Origin: Chloroflexota bacterium
GTDB lineage: Bacteria > Chloroflexota > Limnocylindria > Limnocylindrales > CSP1-4
Direction: 5' to 3'
NCBI GenBank assembly: GCA_026004015.1
Contig: BPIH01000001.1
Coordinates: forward strand, 16,398-80,397
DNA length: 64,000 nt
Position numbers and translations under genes: made by a program
Notes under the pieces: model-generated
Database searches by the model: none
What the model was told of the DNA's origin: nothing
Seen by the model: the letters and a program-made list of their open reading frames with translations, nothing else
In this document: positions 58,470 to 64,000 of the stretch, piece after piece
Numbering within the stretch: position 1 is the stretch's first letter
How the letters are laid out: every line of letters starts with the position of its first letter

Positions 58470-59335
58470 GCGGCGTCCTCGGCCCGGAGGCGGCGGCCGT
58501 CGCCCTCGGGCTCGCTTCGGCCCTGACCTGGGGTGCGGCCGACTTCGGGGGCGGCCTCGCCAGTCGTCGGGCGGCCCTCTTCGGGGTCGTCTTCCTCACC
58601 TTCGCCGTCGGCGCAGCCCTCGCCCTGCCCATCGCCGTCGTCCGGGCAGAGCCGCTGCCGAGCCCATCGGACGTCGGTTGGGCCATCACCGCCGGTCTCG
58701 CCGGTGGGATCGGGATCAGCGCCCTCTACGGGGGCCTGGCGGCGGGGCGGATGGGCGTCGTTGCCCCAGTCACGGGCGTCATCGCGGCCATGATCCCCGT
58801 CCTCGTCGGGGTGGCGACCGAGGGTCTGCCGCCGCCCTTCGTCACCATCGGCATCGGCTGCGCCCTCGTCGCCGTCGTCCTCGTCAGCCGGAGCCACGAC
58901 CCGGACGACGGCCCGAGTGGCCTGCCGTACGGACTCCTCGCCGGGACGGCGATCGGTCTCTTCAACGTCTGCGTTGCCCAGTTCGGCGAGGGCCGGGTCT
59001 TTGGCCCCTTCACCATCGTCCGCCTCGCCGAGGTCGTCTTCATCGGCGGTCTCATCGTCCTCGCCCGTCGACCGTGGCGGCTGGAGCGACCGCTCCTGGC
59101 ACCTGTCGCCCTCGTCGGCGTCCTCGACATGGCCGGCAACGCCTTCTTCATCGCCGCGACCCAGGTGGGTCGGCTCGACGTGGCGGCGGTCCTCTCCTCG
59201 CTCTACCCGGTGACGACGGTCGTCCTTGCCATCGGGCTCCTCCGGGAGCGGGTGACGGCCAGCCATGCCCTCGGGATCGGTCTCGCGGCGCTCGCGGTCG
59301 TGCTCATTGCAGCGGGATCGGCTGCCGCGCCGTAG
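58466..59335 (+). CDS. EamA/DMT-family transporter (10 TM), start codon unresolved
   Basis: The second EamA half is listed ORF 58751-59335. The first half (LGLASALTWGAADFGGG...GISALYGGLAAG) is in the same frame from 58466 but has no ATG/GTG/TTG. A GTG at 58423 lies in another frame. Confidence 0.7.
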   Translation: MSGVLGPEAAAVALGLASALTWGAADFGGGLASRRAALFGVVFLTFAVGAALALPIAVVRAEPLPSPSDVGWAITAGLAGGIGISALYGGLAAGRMGVVAPVTGVIAAMIPVLVGVATEGLPPPFVTIGIGCALVAVVLVSRSHDPDDGPSGLPYGLLAGTAIGLFNVCVAQFGEGRVFGPFTIVRLAEVVFIGGLIVLARRPWRLERPLLAPVALVGVLDMAGNAFFIAATQVGRLDVAAVLSSLYPVTTVVLAIGLLRERVTASHALGIGLAALAVVLIAAGSAAAP

Positions 59336-59443
59336 CCCGTCGTGACGCCGAGCGGTCCACCACCGGCAGACGCAACGATCACCATCGGGTACCGCCGGTC
59401 TCGGGCGTCCCGGCCGGCGGCAACGCACGAGGCTCGCCGAGCC

Positions 59444-60214
59444 TTACTCCCTCGTCGACTGCCAGAAGTCGAGGAGGTGCTGAGCCACTGCCTTTGCGGC
59501 AACCTCCAGCCAGTGTCGCCCCCTTTCGGCATTGGCCAGGTTGGGACTGTCGGTGTAGCCGTCCAGTTGCTGCCAAAAGCCGTGCCGTTCGACTCGGTAG
59601 GGGCCACCGAATACACGCGGGTTGCTGGCGGCGGTGACAGTACGGTCTGGGAGGGGTACCGTCACGAGTTCCGGTTGCATGGCCAGCAGGAGGCTGGTCT
59701 CAAATGCCCCTCCGTGGCCTGGCAGGCCGCCAAGCTGGGTCGCTCCGGCCTCGACGAGGCTGTCCCACGCCATTGCCCACCATGAGCCTGCGGCGATGGC
59801 GACGTCAAAGCGCAGCGCGACGTCCCGGGCCACGAGCTGGATAACCTCATGGTTTCCGCCATGGCCGTTGACGATGAACAGCCGTCGCACCCCGCAGCTG
59901 ATGAGCGATTCGACGAGGTCCGTGAGCAGACGGTAGTAGATCTCGGTCCCGATCGACATCGTGCCCCCAAAAGGCACGTGATGGGGGGAAGAGCCGAACG
60001 GCAATGGCGGGACCATGACGATGGGTATCTGCTCGGCCGCGATCGTCGCGGCATTGGCGGTCACGTGGATGGCGTGGAACGTGTCCGCCCCCACTGGCAG
60101 GTGAGGGCCGTGCTGCTCGATGGAGCCAACCGGCCAGACAAACAGCGAGCGTGGTGCTCTCTGAGCCAGCTCTTCTCGAGTCAGGTCTTCGAAGCGAGCG
60201 ACGAGCCCAGCCAC
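59444..60214 (-). CDS. Creatininase-family amidohydrolase (creatinine amidohydrolase/MftE-like)
   Basis: PVGSIEQHGPHLP, FIVNGHGGN and GHGGAFETS. Confidence 0.9.
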   Translation of the reverse strand: MAGLVARFEDLTREELAQRAPRSLFVWPVGSIEQHGPHLPVGADTFHAIHVTANAATIAAEQIPIVMVPPLPFGSSPHHVPFGGTMSIGTEIYYRLLTDLVESLISCGVRRLFIVNGHGGNHEVIQLVARDVALRFDVAIAAGSWWAMAWDSLVEAGATQLGGLPGHGGAFETSLLLAMQPELVTVPLPDRTVTAASNPRVFGGPYRVERHGFWQQLDGYTDSPNLANAERGRHWLEVAAKAVAQHLLDFWQSTRE

Positions 60215-60432
60215 AGATCCTCGTTGTTCTTCATCGTGGGGGTGGCGACGTGCACCGACTGGTCACCTCGGTTGTTCATCCAAAACGATGCCAGTCGGCG
60301 CCTTAAGACGTTGGTGGCTGGCAGCCCAGCGCGTTTGCGTGGACCCTGCGAACGAGACCGCGACGTCCGTCCGCCACGCCGAGGAGGCCCAAGCGACCGC
60401 CTTCCCCGGCGCCGGCACGAACCCGCGATCGG

Positions 60433-60801
60433 GTGCAGAATCGGCCTGTACTTTGGCCTGCTGCTCGTCGTGGGGCTCCTACCGAGATCGCGGCCTCCTT
60501 CCTCGTCGCCCAGAGCCTCGTCATGATCGTCCGACGGCGCCTGGAGAAGGGCTTCTGGAACCGCGACGGCGGCATCGAGTTCCCGCTCTCGCTCCTCGGG
60601 GCGGTCGTCGCGCTGACGGCCGGCGGTGCGGGGGCGATCTCGCTCGACGCGGCGCTCGGGATCGCCCTCTCCGACCCGATCCGGGGGATCGTCCTCCTCG
60701 TCGCCCTCGCCGGCGCCGCGGTGGCGATCGTCCTGCGACCGGCCGAGGAGCGGACAGGCGTCGCGGGCAACCGGCCACCGGGCTCGCTCCGCCCGAGCTG
60801 A
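60433..60801 (+). pseudogene. DoxX-family membrane protein fragment (C-terminal part only)
   Basis: ...FLVAQSLVMIVRRRLEKGFWNRDGGIEFPLSLLGAVVALTAGGAGAISLDAALG is DoxX-like. The preceding TM (IGLYFGLLLVVGLL) lies in another frame. There is no room for the N-terminal ~50 aa before the divergent creatininase gene. Confidence 0.5.
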
Positions 60802-60838
60802 CAGCGGTCCCGCCGTCGGCGTCGGCACTCAGCACGGC

Positions 60839-61433
60839 CTAGGGCGGCGCACCGTCCGGCCGGTCCCGACGCGCCGCTGCGAGCCGGACCTGGTCTGGGG
60901 CCGAGCGCGGGGCCGGGCGCCGGACGATGCGGGCAGCCGCGATCTCCGACGGCGAGCGGAGGTAGAAGACGGCTGCGAACCCCTCGTTCGCCAGGCTGCC
61001 CCGGCCGAGGGCAGCGGCGAGGGTCCGCCACTGACGCTCGACGACCCTCGGCTCGACGACCCGCCCCGGCCGCCGGGCGTTCTGGGCGAGGACGACGTCC
61101 AAGGGCAGGTCGAAGACGATCGCCACGGCCGGGATACGGGCGGCCGCGGCCCGACGGAGGAGGGCCCGCCGGGCGGCCCGGGTCACGTTCGTCGCATCGA
61201 CGACGGTGAGCCGTCCGGCGGCGAGGCGCCGCTCGACGATCCGGTGGAGGACGGCGAAGGCGGCTCGGCTCACGGTCTGGTCCGCCTCGTCGCGGCCGAT
61301 GAGGCCGCGGAGCTCGTCCGACGAGACGACCTCGTCTGGAGCGAAGTGCGCGGGCGGCGAAGGTCGACTTCCCCGCGCCGGCCGGGCCGACGAGGAGGAC
61401 GAGGGCCGGGTCGGGGAGCTCCAGGCGACGCAT
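60839..61433 (-). CDS. AAA_33 / polynucleotide-kinase-like P-loop kinase, one apparent frameshift
   Basis: MRRLELPDPALVLLVGPAGAGKSTFAAR | HFAPDEVVSSDELRGLIGRDEADQ...RLTVVDATNV...VAIVFDLPLDVVLAQNARR.... The shift is near 61345-61355. Confidence 0.75.
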
Positions 61434-61484
61434 CCCGGGACATCATGCCCGACCGCCGCCGGCCGGTGAGGGGCGGCGTGAACC

Positions 61485-61961
61485 TCAGGGCGACTCCACG
61501 GCGGCCACCCCGACGATCCGATCGCCGTCGAGATCGAACCAGTAGTACGGGGTGGCGTCCCGCAACGGGCTGCCGTGGAGGAAGGTCGCTGCGTCCGCCG
61601 GCACCGGCGAGAAGTCGCCCGCGCTGTCGTACCCGAGGAGGACAACGTTCGCGTCCGGCGCGAGGGCGAGGGTCCGGGTCTGCGATCCGAGACGAACGTA
61701 GAAGGGGCCGCCGACCTGACGACCGTCCCTAGCCGCCTCGATGGCCGCTTCGTCGCCCGTGAAGAGGGTCGCCTCCCGGAAGGTCACCGTGCCAGCGGTC
61801 GGGTCGGTCGAGACGAGGACCCCGAACTGGCGGGTTGTCGTGGCTGGCAGGCAGCCCGCCAGGGCGAGGCTGGCCGCGAGGACGGCCACAACGGCTGCCG
61901 ACCGACGGTACGCCTGGCCTGCTGCGCCGTCCGCCAGGTACGCCTTAGCAGACGCCCACAT
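61485..61961 (-). CDS. Lipoprotein of unknown function (candidate immunity-like partner of the upstream amidase)
   Basis: ATG 61961 overlaps the upstream stop by 17 nt. Lipobox AVVAVLAASLALAGC. About 130-aa mature beta-rich domain. Confidence 0.6.
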   Translation of the reverse strand: MWASAKAYLADGAAGQAYRRSAAVVAVLAASLALAGCLPATTTRQFGVLVSTDPTAGTVTFREATLFTGDEAAIEAARDGRQVGGPFYVRLGSQTRTLALAPDANVVLLGYDSAGDFSPVPADAATFLHGSPLRDATPYYWFDLDGDRIVGVAAVESP

Positions 61962-62466
61962 ACCGCACCGGCACATAGCCGTTGATGTAGGTGTCGTCCA
62001 CCCAACGATGAACGGTGCGATCAAGAGCCGAGGAGGTCGTCGACTCGGAGATATCCAGGCCACCGTTCCACCAGCGGTGCCAGATCACGATGTGACTCCC
62101 CGGATCGACGTAGGCATCGTACGCAATGAGGTCGGACTCGGCCACCGGATCGCTATAGGTCGTGGCAAGCTGAGTCGTGTTGTGCTTCGTGTCGGTAATA
62201 CCCCAGATCTGCTGCACAAAGCCGGAGCAGTCGACGCCGTAGTCGCACGCCTCGGCCGTCCTGTTGATGTCCCCGGCAACACGGTTGTTGGCCATGTCTG
62301 ATGCCCATTGGGCGCTCGTCCGCCACCCACCCCAGTCGTACGTGACGCCGGGGAACGGCGACAGGGCGAGGCTTCGCGGTTTCATCCGACCGGAGCATGC
62401 ACCGTTGATGTTGGAGTTGTTCAGGACCGTCCGCAGCAACAGATAGCCGTAGGTGACGTTGTCCAT
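61945..62466 (-). CDS. NlpC/P60-like papain-fold amidase/peptidase without obvious signal peptide
   Basis: Catalytic-Cys motif YGVDCSGFVQQIWG and His motif GSHIVIWH. The codons are much less GC-biased than in the rest of the window. ATG 62466 lies 30 nt from the IS boundary, and the frame stays open upstream into the IS. Confidence 0.65.
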   Translation of the reverse strand: MDNVTYGYLLLRTVLNNSNINGACSGRMKPRSLALSPFPGVTYDWGGWRTSAQWASDMANNRVAGDINRTAEACDYGVDCSGFVQQIWGITDTKHNTTQLATTYSDPVAESDLIAYDAYVDPGSHIVIWHRWWNGGLDISESTTSSALDRTVHRWVDDTYINGYVPVRYVGVC

Positions 62467-62496
62467 GACCCGCCGGTCCCTGCAGCTCTGAATGTC

Positions 62497-63748
62497 ATGA
62501 AGAAGGGCCCCCATGGTGACAATGGGTTCTCGTCGGAACCACACCAGGAGGCCCAGGAGATGTTGTACGCCGGATTGGACCTTTCGCGCCAGCAGCTCGA
62601 TGTCCATGTCCTCGACGACGATGGTCGGACGGTCGAGGTGACCGCCGTTCGGCCCGATGCCGATGCCCTGCGGACGTTGGTCGAGCGGATCGCCCGCCAT
62701 GGGCAGCCCGTGACAGCGACCATCGAGTCGATGAACGGCGCTCGCTTCGTCCACGACAGCCTCGAGCGCGCCGGCTGGGACGTCGAGATCGCCGATGCGG
62801 TCAAGGTCAAGGGCCTCGCCCCCTTGGCCGCCAAGACCGACCGGATCGATGCCCGGGTCCTCGCCGAGCTCGCTCGGCGCGACCTCGTCCCGGCGATCTG
62901 GCTGCCCGATCCGACGGTTCGAGCCGAGCGGGAGCGGGCCCGCTTCCGGCTCCACCTCGTCCGCCACCGGACGGCCCTGAAGAACCGGATCCACGCGACG
63001 CTCATCGCCTTCGGCCATCCGGTCCCGGTGGCCGACCTCTTCGGGCTCGCCGGCCGGGAGCTCCTCGCCTCGCTCGAGCTCCCCGAACCCTGGGCGACGA
63101 CGCTCAGAACGAGCCTCCGGTTCGTCGACGAGCTGACCGCCGAGATCGATGCCTGCGAGGCCGAACTCCGGGCCCTGGGCGCCGACCACCCCGACATCGA
63201 GCTGCTCCGGACGATCCCGGGGATCGGCTGGATCCTCGCCTCCACGATCGCCTCCGAGATCGGCGACATCGGCCGCTTTCCGACCCCGGAGAAGCTCGTC
63301 GGGTACAGCGGGCTCTGCCCGATCGTCCGCCAGTCGGGCCGCCGCGATGACCGGGGGCCGCTCGCTCGGAACGGTCCGAAGTACCTCCGCTGGGCGCTCA
63401 TCGAGGCGGCGACCCACGCCGCCCGTCACCCCGCCTATCGGGACCGCTACGAGCGGCCGAGGCGGCGGCTCGGCCGCCAGCGTGGCTCGAAGGTCGCCCG
63501 CGTCGAGATCGCCCGCGCGCTCGCCACCGCCATCTGGCACATGCTCACGAAGCGTGAGCCGTTCCGCCCCGGCAGGCCCCACGCCCGCCCTCTGGTCGCA
63601 TGACGACCCTCGCTCTGAGATGGGCCGCCGGAGCATCCGATCCAACCTGGTCCTCACCGAGAAGGAGGCGATAGAGAGATGAGCACGACTCAGCCCAGTA
63701 CCCGATCGCTCCGGTTCAGGCCCGATCTTGACACCGGCCCTTCTTCAT
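62497..63748 (+). mobile_element. IS110-family insertion sequence (about 1.25 kb) bounded by a 13-bp inverted repeat
   Basis: ATGAAGAAGGGCC (62497-62509) and GGCCCTTCTTCAT (63736-63748), with imperfect extension inward (GGTGACAA / GGTGTCAA), enclose a single DEDD transposase gene. No obvious target duplication. Confidence 0.8.
62560..63603 (+). CDS. IS110-family (DEDD) transposase
   Basis: AGGAG RBS. MLYAGLDLS, KTDRIDARVLAEL, and the C-terminal Transposase_20 pattern LRTIPGIGWILASTIASEIGDIGRF...KLVGYSGLCP...SG. 347 aa, intact. Confidence 0.92.
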   Translation: MLYAGLDLSRQQLDVHVLDDDGRTVEVTAVRPDADALRTLVERIARHGQPVTATIESMNGARFVHDSLERAGWDVEIADAVKVKGLAPLAAKTDRIDARVLAELARRDLVPAIWLPDPTVRAERERARFRLHLVRHRTALKNRIHATLIAFGHPVPVADLFGLAGRELLASLELPEPWATTLRTSLRFVDELTAEIDACEAELRALGADHPDIELLRTIPGIGWILASTIASEIGDIGRFPTPEKLVGYSGLCPIVRQSGRRDDRGPLARNGPKYLRWALIEAATHAARHPAYRDRYERPRRRLGRQRGSKVARVEIARALATAIWHMLTKREPFRPGRPHARPLVA

Positions 63749-64000
63749 AGAGAGTGCCGGGCTGGCTTCGGGTCGCGTCCACCGCCCGGAGGCCCGGCGC
63801 TCGGAACCCGGACGGGAGGACGGGCGCGACCGAGCTCAGCATCGGGATGCTGATGATGTCGACGCGGTCCGGGCGAGGCATCAGGGCGAGCACCTCTCCG
63901 CTCGGAAGTGCCGCAATCCCGTTCGGAACGTAGGCGGCACGTTCACTCAGAGGAACCCGGCCGATTGCGACCTGTCGTCCGTTCCTGTCAAAACGTCGGA
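63690..64000 (-). CDS. 3' part of an unidentified CDS entering from the right edge
   Basis: The minus-strand frame is open from nt 64000 to TGA at 63690 (...AYVPNGIAALPSGEVLALMPRPDRVDIISIP...TRSQPGTLYEEG...). The last ~18 codons lie inside the IS boundary, so the native end is probably altered. The sequence has lower GC. Confidence 0.35.
   Translation of the reverse strand, partial: RRFDRNGRQVAIGRVPLSERAAYVPNGIAALPSGEVLALMPRPDRVDIISIPMLSSVAPVLPSGFRAPGLRAVDATRSQPGTLYEEGPVSRSGLNRSDRVLG

Overview
This is a very GC-rich bacterial chromosomal segment (roughly 70% GC or more by eye, not computed). The organism looks actinobacteria-like or terrabacterial, judging from a SAM-I riboswitch, CWB2 cell-wall-binding repeats, lipobox signal peptides and tightly coupled GTGA/ATGA gene junctions. 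Because of the GC content, most long ORFs in the six-frame track are shadow ORFs or frame-fusion artefacts. I accept about 60 protein genes from recognisable motifs read directly in the translations; no search tools were used.

Gene content:
- A minus-strand carbohydrate-utilisation cluster of about 17 kb (14.9-32.1 kb). It holds two GntR/HutC regulators, an ABC sugar importer, several dehydrogenases, an FGGY kinase, a cupin-type PGI, a phosphotriesterase-like hydrolase, a MetE-like zinc protein and a KDPG aldolase.
- A SAM-I riboswitch controlling a thrC-like plus MoaD/ThiS-like pair, probably a MetM/MetO-type homocysteine route.
- metH, htpX, a tryptophanase-like lyase, mobA, an MFS exporter and an EamA transporter.
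- An SbcD/SbcC(YhaN)-like nuclease-ATPase pair.
- Many secreted hydrolases: CWB2+M14, S8, S1 alpha-lytic type, C39-like and NlpC/P60-like.
- A Phd antitoxin next to an internally deleted VapC, one IS110-family element, and one transposase fragment.
- No rRNA, tRNA or CRISPR array was recognised.

Non-genic highlights:
- (a) A dispersed multi-hairpin repeat family with 4 copies.
- (b) Three promoter-like elements whose -35/-10 spacer is a (GA)n microsatellite, each upstream of a secreted protein or peptidase gene.
- (c) An imperfect 104-118 nt direct-repeat array upstream of the sbcD-like operon.
- (d) Several GC-rich minisatellites.

Major caveat: I count at least 25 reading-frame disruptions, distributed very unevenly. 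They mean either indel-prone assembly or real gene decay. Several start and stop coordinates are therefore approximate.
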